Source: Setoptus koraiensis (Eukaryota > Animalia > Arthropoda). Taken from it: a stretch of DNA of 64,000 bases. The translations under genes were made by a program, and so were the position numbers. Positions 23,208 to 37,519 of this stretch are shown one piece after another. Position 1 is the first letter of the stretch, and every line of letters begins with the position of its first letter. The DNA is taken from the NCBI GenBank assembly GCA_048013815.1, contig CM106585.1, positions 8,246,001-8,310,000 of the forward strand, in the 5' to 3' direction. The notes beneath the pieces are model-generated. The model was not told the DNA's origin. It saw nothing but the letters and a program-made list of their open reading frames with translations, and searched no databases.

Positions 23208-26157
23208 GTAATAACAGCACTCCACCCTTATACCCCATGTAACACTGACTGCAACTGGCTTGTGATAGGACAACACTGCTGATGCAATAATAAAGCCAAT
23301 CAGTTGCTGCACTAAGCTCGCACCTAGTGATGATGGCCGAAAACAACAGCACGCAGCTAGCGGTGAACGTGAGCTCACGTTTCCGTCCGCTTTCGATCAT
23401 CCAAACCAATCTGACACAAGTTGTTAATCTGGCCACCAGTCTTTCACGCTTGCACGCTGCACACGCCACGAAAGAATGTCAGCCCATTAGTGCTCGCATC
23501 CTCCAACGACAATCACTGCAATCAATACATCGATACATCAACACTGTGAGCCACGCAAGCCAATTGTAACAATTGTGGGCCTCATTAAGCACTTACGTAA
23601 CGTAACGTAACATTGCGTAACGTAATATTGCGTAGGTAATAACGGAATTGTGTCACTGTCTTGGCGGGCGCTCGATCAGCGTTGATAGATGACGATGATA
23701 ACGTGCGTGCGTACTCACTTGCTGTGCAGCACTCACCAACGCGCCGCTGGCACACGCTGCTGGTTGTGTCACGCACGATTGTGCTATGTAATCTGTGCAC
23801 ATAGCGACCTTGCGCGCGCGCGCGCGCGACCAAATCAAATCAACTGCTGACACCGCGATAACTGCTGACAGCGCGCCTAGTGTGCGCATGATTTTGGCAC
23901 ACGTTGGTTGCCTGCGCTCACATTGTTGACTTGTTGGCTCGGCAGCGCGATTTGCTGATTTTCGCTGGGGCCCGCGAGCTTGCTGTGCCCAAGCTTGCTG
24001 TGCCCAAGATTGCTGTGCCTGAGAGTGTGTGTGCCCATTTGTACGCATCGATTGTTTCGTGTCAGATCATAATTAGCATTTATAGCTGTCTGGCTTGGGG
24101 CCCCCGGAGCCCGCGACGCCGGCGCCTCTTGCAGTCACACGTGCAGCCGCATGAATGGGGCCCCGACAGCTCGCGCCAGCCGCGAATTGAATTCATTCAA
24201 TTTGGCATTGGGCAATTTTCACAATCATGGTGAGTGAGCCTATGGAATCGTTGGGTTAGTTTGGCAGTCGTGCAGTGTTTGCAAACATGGCACCTCGGCG
24301 CATCGTTGGACGAGCCAAGTCGACGGCTGAGGCGGCCGGCTCAGTTGGCTCGGGGCGATACAGAAACAGCGATAATAATAATAATAATAATCTTGTCTGC
24401 ACAACAACAAAACACCAGCGGCCCCAGTAGCCAGATATAGGTCACACACACACACACACACACAAATTGGCGACTTGGGCCAGCCGAAGCTCGCGAACTG
24501 GCACACGTCATCGAGTGGCCTCATTTTAACGCAATAATCTGTCCCTATCTGGTAAAGTGATAAAATTGGGTTCACGCATGCGTTTCACAGGCCAAACACT
24601 AATGGTACGACAGCCAGCAAGCGTGTAGCTAACCAGCGACAGTGTCCGCGAAGATACCGCGTCTACCTCAATCAACTGTCATACTACAAGCCGCTGGCAA
24701 GCTGCTGGCAAGCTAACTGTAACCGACACCAAGGCATCATCGACTCGGCCAACAGTTTCACTTACTCGCCAAGAATTGCCAAGCGCGTGCTGCCGTCGCT
24801 GGCCCCATTGTTGTGTACACCTGGCTGCTTGTATATCCGACGCAATGACCCAACGAGCTGCCTGGCTTGAGTGAATGGCCGCCAGGTGAATTCAATTTTA
24901 TCACTTCACCAAGCCAATCAGCTGAGTACTCTAACCGATCGCTGTCGTCCCGATCTAACTGATCGTGTCAGATGCTGATGTGTCAGTGATTTCCCTGGCT
25001 CTTGGTTCTAGTGCCGGGCAAGTCACTGGTAACCCAAACTGGTCACCAGTGTCCCAACCAAAAAGCCGCCTGCCTCATTTTGTAACAAGACAGCGCAATT
25101 ATTGATTCGAATTCAAAAATATAAAATAGACCCCGTCTCTCTCTATATGCAATACATTGCACAAATTTATCCGCTCCTTTTGTGTTTTTGCATGAATTAA
25201 TGCACTTGCACTCTCGCATTACCTAACGGCTGCGAGCGAACTATTTTTTGCACTAACATGGTGCTCGTTGAACCAGTGGCAAGCGAACACAATGCGCATA
25301 TTTTATGCAAATTTCTCATGGGAACCTTGCTTATATTATATTTTATAACCCGAATTTTATAACAAGCATAAATATGCCAAATATCCTATAGCGATTTATA
25401 TTTGTGATGGCAGCAAAAGGAGGCACACATCAGCTGGGCGATGGCTCGATCAAGATTGGTAATCATAATCGTATTCGTTTGGCACTAGATTTGAGCAACC
25501 AGTCACAGTTTAGTGGCGTCTCCATTAAATAGTGAATAATGTTTATTCATGTGCATGATACATTTATTCTGAATTATGATTACAACAACAAGTCATCGAA
25601 TCATAATTCAATTCAAATCCATCAATGGCACATCGAGAATTCGTCGCTGGTCGATCTGCCGGCCGATATAGGTCAGCACAAAATGCCAGTCTTATGTAAT
25701 ATTTGCTTGGTCTTTATGATGATATAAATTATATCACTCTAACTAGTCGCTCTGTTGTGCTGGAGTGGATATTTGACTCTTGCGAGCTTGCCCTATCATG
25801 ATCGACCGCATGCCTCTCATCTCAGGTGTGGCTTGCTTACGCTTACGATCATTAGGAGCTAATCAATTTTTCAGCTAGCCAGCCAAGCTATCTAGCCAAT
25901 AAAAACGAAACTCTATCTTGAGCACATTTGATTATCTTGCATTCTGATTACATTGACAACAAAACCTATTTTGCTGCCAGTTTATAATGGTGAGTTTCAA
26001 AAATTAATTGCCAATCAACACAATTACGGCCACAGAAAACCACACATGATATCGGCAAGCGAGGGCACAACGACCAAAATTGTTGCCAAAATGAAACCGT
26101 AAAAACGAAATGATGCATAGATAACTTGTTGTGATCGCACGAACCTCGAGAAACATC

Positions 26158-28245
26158 ATGATACTTCCGCTGGGAAAAATTGATAGATTGAATCCATTGA
26201 TTGGTAGTGTTGGTTGGACCATTGCAATTGTTGGGATGATAATAACGGCTGGTTTTAGTCGCGCTGCCAGCCCGTTGTCGACCAGCAAACCCTCGCCAGT
26301 GGCGGCTGTCGATCTGGTGAAGATGCCACAATCTTTGCAAAATCACAACAATACAACAACGATTAACGATCAGCTGGCCGACGACTTGGATTCATTTGGC
26401 ACCTTGAATGACGAGCATAAGAAAACTAACGAGTCTGATAGAGTATTAAATGGCTCGAATGATCCAGATAGTCATAATAATAAAACACATGTAACCAGCC
26501 CAGTGGAATCATTCAAAGCTAGACACAAATTCAAGCTGATTGGCGGCGCCACAAACAATGACACAATACAATTGAGTTTGCCAAGATGGTTCAATTATGA
26601 GCTGTACAAGAGTAAATACAACAAAAACTACGCTGCCATTTTGAATGGAAGCGATCGGATTGCCGATTCAAAGAGGAGTAAGATTTATTTGCAGACGGCG
26701 TTGAAAGTTCTCGATTATCGTGCCAGATTTCGAGCAAACAAAACAAGCTCGTTGGTGTTCATTAATGAGCTTTCCGACCTGGTAAGTGGCTGAGCAATTG
26801 ATACGGGTGCCATTTTGAGTGGCAACCACAACTTGAGCTATCACAATTCAATAAGAAACCAACAAAGTAAAAGGTGTTCAAATTTATATTTCGATTCCAT
26901 AGACAAGCGACGATGTTGTGGAAATCACCTCCGCCGACCGCTCGTCCATTCAAAATGACAGTTTGGCCAGAAGGGATAATTGTTGCTCCTACGACGAGGC
27001 CATTAAAAAAATAAAACTCTACTATCGATTGAGCGACGACCAGTTGCGACGAGCAATCATAGACGAGATTTCGGTAAGTTTATTCAATTTATTTGAGCCA
27101 CCTAACTCAGTAAAAATCACTATAAGTCGTGTGTGTAGGGCATTTTGTCATTTTGGGGCCACACACACGATGGAAACTGGACAGATAATCGATTAATTTG
27201 TGTCTATAATTGTTTTGTGGCGCAGGAAAAGCCCATGCCCGTCCGAGGCGGATTAGCGGGCAAGCAGCAACGAGGGCGAGCCAAGGGACGAGATGAGGCT
27301 CTCGATCAGCAACAATTTCCGTTCTCAAGATCCGTATATTACAGCAAATACAAACAAATTTATTATAACAAGGACAAAAATAAGCGCAACAACAGCAGTA
27401 CGCCAACGACACTGACAACAACAACAACAACAACAAGCACAACGACTTCTCCTGTGGACACTGCAAAATCGATTGTGGAGCCCACCACCAGGGGCCAGCC
27501 ACAACAAGCGAATGATGACGTGGGTGCGGGGCCCCGCGGAGCAAAACAAGCCCACAAGTCCAGTGATGGCGCCAGTGATTTGGCGAGGCTTGGCGATTTG
27601 AGAGTGGACCAAAAGTCCGGCGCCATTTCTATCGACAACAGCAGCGGCCCCGTAGCCAAGGTGAAACGGGAGCCCGCTACTATGATTTATGAGAATAAAA
27701 CACGCACTGCCAGCCAGAGGCAAGATAAAGATGTCAGTGCCGCGAATGAAGGAGATAAATTGAACAAAATTGACATTGATAAAGGCCCATGGGCACCAAA
27801 CAAAGGATTAGCTGGTGGCGATACCGAGCCGCTGGTTGTAAGCGAACTGGCTGAGCCACCGCAAACGGCAGCAACTGAGAGGGCAGTTGCAGTTGCATTA
27901 GGTAAAAATAATGGTTTATTAGAGACAGGTTTAGAGGACGATGCATCATCATACGGCGGCCATGATAATATTGGCGACAATAACGGGACAGCCGTGAGAG
28001 GCGACGCGGATTCGCTAGAGTCGAGCCGTATCCAACAGGCAATACAAGATCAAATTGTGGAACAGATGAAGTCGCAAATGGGCGAACAATTACGCTCGAC
28101 ATTCAGTCAACATTTTGGGAGGCCCGTCGCGGTGAGGCCAATGCAATTTTTTACCGCCACCACAACTCCCTTTCCCGAGGGCGTGCTGCCGCCATTCATA
28201 CACCAGCAGCAACAGCAACAACAACCGTCTCGCCAATCGATATAG
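26158..28245 (+). CDS. Nested secreted protein with a cathepsin propeptide inhibitor (I29-like) domain and long disordered tail; exons 26158..26781, 26903..27073, 27226..28245 (604 aa)
   Basis: Hydrophobic N-terminus LIGSVGWTIAIVGMIITAGFSRA. Spliced segment YELYKSKYNKNY..DSKRSKIYLQTALKVLDYR..SSLVFINELSDL|TSDDV aligns to the papain-family prodomain pattern (ERFNIN- and GNFD-like motifs). Two phase-0 GTAAGT..AG introns (26782..26902, 27074..27225) keep the frame. The gene model is more certain than the domain call. Confidence 0.8.
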
Positions 28246-29420
28246 TGCCCGTGCGGGCCGATATAGCCGGGCGCAAATAGCCGGGCGCAGATAGTCGGGC
28301 GCGGGTAGTCGGGCGCGGCCGGTCAACGAGCACTAATCATTGGGCGAGATCGCGCAGCGAGACAGATACGAGATAGAAAATGAATGATTGCGCAATAATG
28401 CCGCTGATAAGCACGAGCCGAGAATATAAATAGACGCTCGGAATATATATATAACATGTATGCTAGCAATATAGTGTAAGCCGGCCGATGCCGCCAGACA
28501 ATGTCTTTGCGAGATAATGTGTTACTTGGCGATAATCATTAGGGCGCCGGCTCGTGACGAAAGAAAAATGGGCCTACAAGCAATGGCGAGAATTTCACCG
28601 GGCCGAGCCTGAATCGGCCATGAATCATGCAATCATAAACACAGCAACCGCAACAACAACAACAAGCCTGGCATGTGTTAAAAAGATCATTAAGTCGGCC
28701 AGATATTGATAGCTGGGCCAGATGCTAGGTGAGATGAGGCTCCCCTGGCATTTGGCCAGTTAGCCAGTGGGCCAGTTGGCCAGCTAGCGGCCATGACACA
28801 CATTGCTCGCTCATTGGTTATTTATCATATATAGTGCTGCTGTTGAGATTTGCTCGTTAGCTGCAAGTCAGTGCAACTGCCAGTTAGCACTTGTCAGCCA
28901 CTAACGGGCCATAACGAGGCCCCCGAGAGCGCCGTTTGTCGTGCTGGTTACTCAGTGAGCCGACCGGCCCCCTGTCGAAGAAGCCCCAGTCTCAGCTTGA
29001 TTAGTGTAACTGACTGATTTGTTTGGCGGCCATGGTGCCCATTGAGCCAGCCAACAATCGGCACAATCCAATTAAATGCTCTCATCACTGTTTTGGCCTC
29101 GCTGTCGTGGGCGCCCGATTGGTCAGTTTGTGTCCGACACACTTATCATGCAGCAGTCATTGGGCAACATGACAAGACGAGATCCATCTGAATTTATTGG
29201 TCAAAACGATCTCGATTGTGTGCCCTCGACCATTTGGGGCCGGGGCCCGCGCCGTTGCCGCTGACCCAAATTCGATCAGATCGGCGCGATCGGATCGGAT
29301 TGGATTGGACGGATGGGGGGGGGGGATCAGAGCGCGAGTTAAATGAAACGAGTTTCAGTTGAATGCAGCGGGCCAATGTCACCATGTTCGCCTGAATAAA
29401 ATTATTACTGATCCCGCTGG

Positions 29421-29500
29421 CGACAACTAACAGCAACTAACAGCAACTGGCAGCAACTAACAGCAACTGGCAGCAACTGGCAGCAACTGGCAGCAACTGG
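29421..29500. repeat. 10-bp tandem repeat (CAGCAACTAA/CAGCAACTGG), 8 copies
   Basis: Read directly. Confidence 0.92.
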
Positions 29501-30840
29501 CGAGCGAAATTTGTTCTTTCTGGGGCGGCATGATGATATCGACGGAGATGGTGATCACGTCGTTGCCGTCGGCTGTTGCTGGTGTCGCTGTTGTTGTGGC
29601 GAGCAATCTGCAATAATCGATTCAGCGCTAACTACAGTTATCCGCCAGAGTTGTCGTGTGGTGACCTTTGTGACGACATTTGTGTGTCCCTAAACACTGT
29701 TCGTATGTTCGTATGTTCGTATGCTCGGATGTTTGTATGTTTGTATGAAAAACATTTGCCAATAAATAGTATCCGCTCGCTGCTGGCTGGCTGGCAGCTG
29801 GCCCCATCACCATAAATTGATGTCAAGTCACCCATTGCATCTGTTTATTTCGTGCGGCCATATTGCCCGTTCATCCAGCCAGCCGATAACGGCCGACAGT
29901 TTGTTGGTTTGACGAGCAATAGCGAGCAACGGTCAGCAGCAGCAGCTCACCTATTGTAACGGATTGACACTGGCTCGTGGCGGATTGGCATTGCGTGCCA
30001 GCGATTGGCCAGCAGCCGCAACAGTGGTTTGCATAAGTGCCACGCCAAGGCGACCTCAAGAAAGCCACGTCCAACAATGCAACGCTTGGCATAATTTAAT
30101 GATAGTCATGTCCATTGTACAAAGTTTATTGATGTTGTGTCCGCCAGTGGCCACACTGGCCCACCAGTGGACACAACAATGAGCAAGCGGCGCCGCCGCC
30201 GGCCAAGCAAATTGATGATCGCGGTTGACTGGCCAACTATGCAATTGATGCAACCATACATGGCCGTATATCGCCGCATATCCAGCTAGCAGATGACCAT
30301 TGGCCGTATATGTTATATTATGTATATACTGGCCGTATATGTGTATAGCAATATATTTAGATATGTTGGTATGGACGCCCCATATAGGACACTGTTTAGG
30401 TAGTTACCAGTTATGCTTACCAGTGAATGGCGGTGAGTTACTGGGGCGCAGATTACAGACCATTGCACCAAACAAAATCAGATAATTCATACACACGAGC
30501 CAGATTTCATCCCAGTTGCACAGAATCATTCTGCCAGAATGTGCCAGTGCATCGGTGTCCATCGGTGCCCATCGGTGTCCAGTGGAGCTTGGCCAGGTAT
30601 CGGCGACATTGAGTTAATATCGATCGGTCAACACCCGCTTCAGTCAGTGCGCCGCTGTCAATATCTGGCCAATGCCAGCATAGATGGTATCTCTATTGAG
30701 TGACACACAAAACAACAAATGACATCACCTGGCGCCAGCGGACACGCCAGAGCTGGCAAAGCCGCTCTCGGTGACAATGCTAAGAGCATTACGCAGGGCC
30801 AATTGAGCCATTTCATTGGCGGGCGCCTTCGCCGGCACAC

Positions 30841-30916
30841 AAAATGGGCGCTGGCATCGGATAAAATGGGCACCGGCGGATAAAACGGGCACCGGCTGAT
30901 AAAACGGGCGCCGGCG
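30841..30916. repeat. Imperfect 19-bp tandem repeat (GATAAAACGGGCACCGGCG-like), about 3-4 copies
   Basis: Read directly; each full unit begins GATAAAA. Confidence 0.8.
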
Positions 30917-31680
30917 ATGGCAAGCGTGCCGTGCTTTTAATTGAGGCAAACATAAGCGCAATAGCGACACTCAAACGATTGCCGGCCAAAGGAGCCGTTG
31001 CTTAAAATTGGCGACAATTTAAGACAGATATTAATGGCTTGTGCTTGGCGAGCGACGGGCCTTTATATCTGGGCCTCATTGACGGGTTTGGCGCTCGACG
31101 CAGGCGATTGGTATTCGCGCGCGTCGTCGTCGTCGTCGGCAGCCCCATATTGCACACCGTGGCGCAACGACAGTTCAATCAATCACCGCGCAGTCATCAG
31201 CGGCCATATACTCACAGTGGAGCGGCGATGACAATGTTTGTGTCATAGCGTCGCCGTGGGATTGCTATCGTGGTCGCTATATCCAGCGCCTCTCACTAGA
31301 GATTGTGATACACTTTTCGGGGCCCGTGTGCGATGCATCGAAGCGAGCCAGAGATCTAGCGATTACATAGGCGATACCAGCATATACGGCCCATATGTAG
31401 CGAGCCCAATGAGTGTGCGCGTGCCGCAGTGTATGTGTAATGTATACGTAACACGTATAACCATTGATCATATCGTTGTTGGCAAGCTAGCCGCGCCAAG
31501 CTAGCCAAGTGATGATTGCATAAGCAGTGATTTAATAAAAAGCACGACACACACACAGTATGATGATGGCTATCTTATCGAGTCATTAACTGGCTCATCT
31601 GGCCGGCCCATTATCTGTTATTGCTGGCATTAGGGGAGCACAGCGTGTGACGCTATCAGCGTCAGCGCCCCACTAAATCT

Positions 31681-31710
31681 GGCCTGGCCCGGCCCGGCCC
31701 GGCCCGGCCC
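31681..31710. repeat. (GGCCC)n pentanucleotide run, about 6 copies
   Basis: ggcctggcccggcccggcccggcccggccc. Confidence 0.9.
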
Positions 31711-32073
31711 GATATGGTCGCGATATAGCTGACACACATACACTGGCACAACATTGACAAAACTGACCACTAATGATGGTGGCCGTGGCCGTGATCGTTA
31801 ATGGGCGCCAGGCGCCCGGCGACACGCGCAAGCACACGCAGCGCAACAACATTTATGTTTGTTGTTGTCGCTTACGTAATCAAAACACGAGCATCTTTGT
31901 GTATGCGCAGTCAACTGGCAATTGTTTTACTCTGCCCAATGTTTGGCCGTTTGGTACCATTCTAGAGAGTTGTGAGTTATGGTGATTAGAGCCGCCAGCA
32001 ACGGGGCCGACATCGCTGTAAATAACAACAAGCGCGATATATTGTAGCATGCATACATAGATACAACACTCAC

Positions 32074-33962
32074 CATCTCCACTATGTCCACCTGGGCCTC
32101 AATGCGCAAATGATAGAGGAATTTCTTGAGATCGTCGCGCATCTGAATGCTGTTGTCCTCCGGCTGGGCCACTGTGAATACGCGCAATTGACAACTTTTC
32201 CATGTTCGATGCTGCTTCAATAGATGGGGCAACAACATCAACAAGCCGCCATCGTGCACTATCCACCAAATGTCTATGTAGCCGCCTAATTTATCGCACG
32301 ATTCCGGCCAAGAGTCTATGCCCTTCACCACTAACAGGGCATTCTGGGATGCCTGCACGGTGCGCATTGTTTCAATAAATTGATGGGCCCTGCTGGGCGG
32401 CTGTCCGCTGCCGGCACCGTGCTGCTGACCACCAAGCTTACCAACGGCCCCACCGCTCGCCAATGTGGACGAGGGCCGGGCTCGCCAACGCTGGGGCCAG
32501 CCCACAATGACCGTGTTGTGTTTTAGTCCGCCAAGGCCGGCGGTTTGCACTTGATAGGACACTCCGTCCATGATTGATGGTGCAACTAGTACATCGGCAA
32601 AGCCTTTCACTCGCTCTTGTTGCATCATTTCTTGCAAATTTGTTTTTGCTTGCACACCAACAGAGGCCAATCGCTTGAAGTCGCCCTCGATAATTGATGA
32701 GACCAATGTGAGCCCTTTGCCTGCTTTCAATTGGGCCGCAAATGTTAGTAATTTGGGATGTGCCACAACCAATGAATCGCCAATATTGATGAGTTGTGTA
32801 GTTGCTGTTGTTGTTTGGTGACCAGTTGTTTCACTGTTGTTTTGCTGTTTGTTGTCGCTGTTAGCTTGTTGTTGTTGATCAGCCACAGAGGCAATTGCAA
32901 TGCTAGGCACCATCATATGTCCGGGCGCTTGCTGCTGTTGTTGTTGGAGTTTTGATGACGGCGCATTCACTATGGAAGATGGTTTCAATTTGCAAAATAA
33001 CAATATCTGCGGGCGCCAATTCTTAATATGAGGCTCGCCAGTTTCAAGCCGCAACAGAGAATAACGGGCCGCCGACAGGGCCAGCCCGTGCAGTCCGTCG
33101 CCCCATTCCTTTTCGGCGCCGTGAAATTCAATGTATTTGTATATGATGCCGGCTAGTAGCATTGCAATGACTGTATAAATCCACGATGATACAAACATGA
33201 CAAATAGGCACAGGAAACAGCCTAACAATGATATCGACCAATGATAATGCCTGAATCTTGGCCGCCAATTTGGTGATTTGAGCAATGATTGTAATGTGCA
33301 AGCTAAATTTACAAATAAATAGCACATAACTAGTGACAATGTCAATATAGGCGCTATAAAATCTAAATTACCAATTAAGACGGCCCCCTCGGCTAATATT
33401 AATGATAATAAAATGGCGCGCGTTGGTTCGCCGCTAGGCGAACTTTTAGCAAAACAATTCAAACATGGAATAACTTGATCTTTGGCTATGGCCTGCAACA
33501 ATCTAGGTGCACCAACCAACGATTGCAAGGCAGCGCCCAATGTTGATAATAAGCCACCTATTAATATTACATATGGGTGGGGCCAGGCGATTTGTGTGAC
33601 AGCTAGTTGACCGCCAACAGATTCACCAAATTTGTCCCTAATAAATAGATTATTAAATGAGCTACCAAATAATACTATAGATGATAAATATATAAAACTT
33701 GTTGTTAGTTGAGCCGATATTGTTCCTAATGGTATTGACTTTTGAGCGTCGGCCAAATCGCCGCTACGATTTGAGCCGGCCAAAATGCCTGTACATGATG
33801 GAAAATATATTGCTATCAAAATGGTAAATGATGTTGTTATATCGACAAAAACATGATTGTAATCATTCTGGCTTGTGTTGATTCCCTCGTCATAGCTGAC
33901 AATTGTACGCTTATTCCTGAATCTGGGCATCAGGTTCTTCCACAGCACTCCGCTCGATATGC
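32074..33962 (-). CDS. kcc: K-Cl cotransporter, coding exon 2 (TM6-TM12 and start of the C-terminal domain)
   Basis: G|ISSGVLWKNL, IYFPSCTGILAGSNRSGDLADAQKSIPLGT, LQSLVGAPRLLQAIAKD, MCYLFVNLAC..PNWRPRFRHYHW, EKEWGDG, KNWRPQ, QLKAGKGL, GLGGLKHNTV, IDIWWIVHDGGLLMLLP. Acceptor TAG at 33965-33963; donor at 32073. Confidence 0.96.
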
Positions 33963-36900
33963 CTAGTTGGATGGATCGGGTTTGGATGGATGGGGCAGTT
34001 TTAATAGAAATTTAATTATTAGATATTTAATTTATTTGTCGCAATGTTGTGATTATGAAAGTCGATTATATCATGCTGTTTCATGTTATGCTGGCGTTGT
34101 TTTCCCTTTTTTTGCATTGAGTTCAAAAGTTGGCGCCAAAATGCGGTTAGCCAGTAGTGCCACCGGGGGGAGTGAAAAAAGAAAAAAATGATAACAAGAG
34201 CAACTGTTGGCCGGGGGAAGAGAGCGCCGTTTGATTGGCGTGTGTGCTCAAAGTTTGTGCATAGCGCAAGTTTTCCAGCGATGGGGAGCGCACTGAAATG
34301 GGCGACAGGCACGAAAGGGGTAGGAGGGGCGAAAAATGATTGATTGTGCAATCGGGAATATCATCACCGCAAATATCGGTATTATTGAAATTCAAATGTT
34401 TAACGCTCTCATTGTGCCATCCATTTTGCTGGAGTATATTTATTCGCAAGAATGCATTTTTGCATCACTCTCAAGCTAATGAATGCCGGCGCAGCCAACT
34501 GTAGATTGTCCCAATATTGACTGCCAACATTGAGAGCGGACAGGAGCCAGCTGGAAACCATTATTAGTATGCACGAGCGACAGCAACAAATTCCAGCCCG
34601 AATCTACATTTGAATTCGTGATCCATTAATTTCCATTGGATCGGGTGCTGACTTGTGAGCCATTGAATGCAAATATGCCCGTGCGCTCCAGCAGATCAGA
34701 TCGTCGAGACAAGCCAGCAAAATATCAAATAATATCAAATTGATTATAATAGTAGCAGGAGGAAAAACTTTTATCCCAACTGAACGAATTCATTATACGC
34801 TCGCTGAATCTGGACTTAACATTGGCACGAAACATGAAGTGTTAACACCATGAGCAATCTCAATCTATTGAATCTTCTCCTTTTGCGCTCTTTAGCACGC
34901 ACGCGGTAAGCGAGAAAAAAGTTGCATCACACTGGCTTACGCAACTTACGGCTGGCACGGGATGAAAATATGCACAAAAAGAAACAGTGTAGTGTTTGGG
35001 AATATCAGTAAACTATTGGCAGCAGTCTATCGATTTCCATCGCCAATGGATAATAGTAACGAGAGAAGCCTATGTTATCCCTGTCGAACGAGTGTGTTTG
35101 CCAAGCTAACACAGCCAAGGAAACTAGGAAGGCCTCGCTCTCAATTGATCATAATGGCACTAGAGACATATGTTGCAAACTGTACACTTCCATCCACTAT
35201 AAAGTAACTGCAAAGTAGCACACAGTGACATTGAACATTTGTTTCGATTTGTAAACCAACGCAAATAATTCACATAACAATATATAGGCAACATGGTTAA
35301 ACGATCCCCAGCTACACTTATCTTATTTTTTGAATTCTTTCCTTGGCGCACAGGCACTTATTACATGCAATAGGAAGCGTATAAGTGTGTGTGTTGCCTC
35401 TAGTATCGAATAGAAATGAATAGACCCGAGTCCGCCTCTAGCGAGCGTATCGAATGCAAAAATTAGCTCTTATACAATGAGAATGGTAACAAAAAAAGAA
35501 GAAAAAAACAAGTAGCTCACTAGCTACAGAAAGAACGAGAATCCAAACGAGACTAGATTAGATCATTCAAGTACGTTCTCTGCTAAGCTAAATCTGTGGT
35601 GTGCTGAACACGAAGCTAACAATGCTCGACGCAACACGAAATTTATTGCCAATTCCAAGGATGGAATCAGTGAAGCAAGCTATTTTAGTTCTCGTTGTGC
35701 TCGTTGTCGTTGTTAGTGTGCCCACATAAAAATGAAGCTAATGATTCAAAAGAACAAAAAGGCACGTTAATCAAACCTCACAACATTGACAATTAAATTC
35801 AAGCAACCAGTTTCATTTTGGATTGCTGATGGCGTGCACCCTTGAGCAGTGATCGCAGCAGAAATTGTCCCCTTCCTCGGAATGAGGCCCTTCCACATCC
35901 GGCCTGTATTTGTATCACAGTAGCATTTATATGTATACAATCTGAGATCACGCAAGTGATACGATACGCTCAAATAGTAGTCACGTTATTATATGGACTT
36001 ATCTGGATCCGTTCAGTTGTTGTTGACAGTTGATTCAGCTGAGTTAGCGTAACAATTCTTCAAAGATACAAGCTTATTTCAGTTGGTTTATTTCTGTCTG
36101 GCTAATTCAACTCAATCAAACAGAAATGCCGATGGCACGCTCCAAAAAGGAAGTGTGTCTTCCCTAGATACCTCATCGTCATGGTGGCCTCTGTTTTTTT
36201 CATCTCCATGCAACTGTGAAGATTTCCAGTTCTAAGGGCCCCAGTCCTTGGAATGTTGTAGCGCACAGCTTTGCTGAGCCAACTCTTGGCACCTTGTCAC
36301 GTCACGTCTGTGGACGTGCTAGTCATGAGAGGTCTAGTTAGCATCAGCCCGGGGATAAACGACAGCAAGTACCATTTACATAGGAACCTCTCCGACAGGG
36401 GGCTATGTCTCAACAAGACAGATAATCCTAGTGGTGGGAGTGTGCTTTTTTCATCAGTCCTGTGGCTCAAAAAGCAGGAGCTTATCAAACAAAGTGACCG
36501 AGGTAATTATTGGCGATCAGTTTCGTAAAGCCTCTGACTGGCTAGTATCGTGATGGCCAACAAAAGACATCACGCTAGCCGTTTGGGCATTGCATGTGGG
36601 ACCGTGCCAGCGTGCAAATGCCAAGCTATATTTAGATGTGGCCTTGCATGGCGCAGTGAATAGTTTGTAGAGTTATTGTGCCTGAGATGTGTTGATTTAA
36701 ACGTTGTGACGTCGAATCGTTCAATCTAGGAGCTTAATGGGCCCATCAACTTTAGCCTTTGGGCACATTTAGGCGAGCTGTATATATTGGAACCAAAATA
36801 TCGAGACAATATAATCGGCAAATAATCGATAAATAAATGTTGGGTAAACGGGTGTGGCCCGCCAACTATTATTGCAATGTTGATCACAACAGAAGCGTGT

Positions 36901-37426
36901 CCAGAGGTCAATGGAAATAAATGTTCAATCGCCTAAGAGGATTATGCTGACCAGAGAGATTGTAACTAGAATTTCTAGCGGTCATTTGGTCCCTCACAAT
37001 ATGGCCTTGTCAGCAGAAATAGTGGTGGTTAATCGAACAAAAATTATCACAAACCTACCAAACTGGTCTGGTCCAGGCGCAGATTATGTGCAGTGGTGGG
37101 CCCGCGGTGGTGGAACCCAAATGAATGTGGATGCACTCTAGTGAGGGGTCTATTCCACAAGGCGCCTCAAATGGCACGCAACAACAATCCCGAGAGCAGC
37201 AATTTCATTCATTTTATTTTTACAAGCTGACATTTAACTGAGCTGGTGGGCCGATGGTAAGCCGGCGATCACTCGCTAAATAGCGAGCATAGCGATATTC
37301 GCGAAATGGCCAACATAGCGACATTCGCGCAACTGCGAACATGGCGACATTCGAGCGGCAAGAAATAATGCAAATCAGTTATTGTATTTACACCACAAGC
37401 ACTAAGCTTGCGGCTTGGCGATAATG

Positions 37427-37429
<3 letters not shown>

Positions 37430-37517
<88 letters not shown>
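37430..37517. repeat. Long perfect (CA)n microsatellite, about 44 units
   Basis: Read directly. Confidence 0.95.

Positions 37518-37519
<2 letters not shown>

Larger units (their letters stand above)
15715..32073 (-). other. Giant KCC intron (16,359 bp) hosting two antisense nested genes
   Basis: Donor ATG|GTGAGT at 32073 and acceptor CATCAG| at 15715 join VDIVEM to GDSEIS in frame (phase 0), colinear with the known KCC sequence. Confidence 0.9.

Noticed and set aside
25408-25727. Two short plus-strand ORFs in one frame separated by TAG-TGA
   Set aside because: No recognisable motif; too short and interrupted to call a pseudogene without a homology search.
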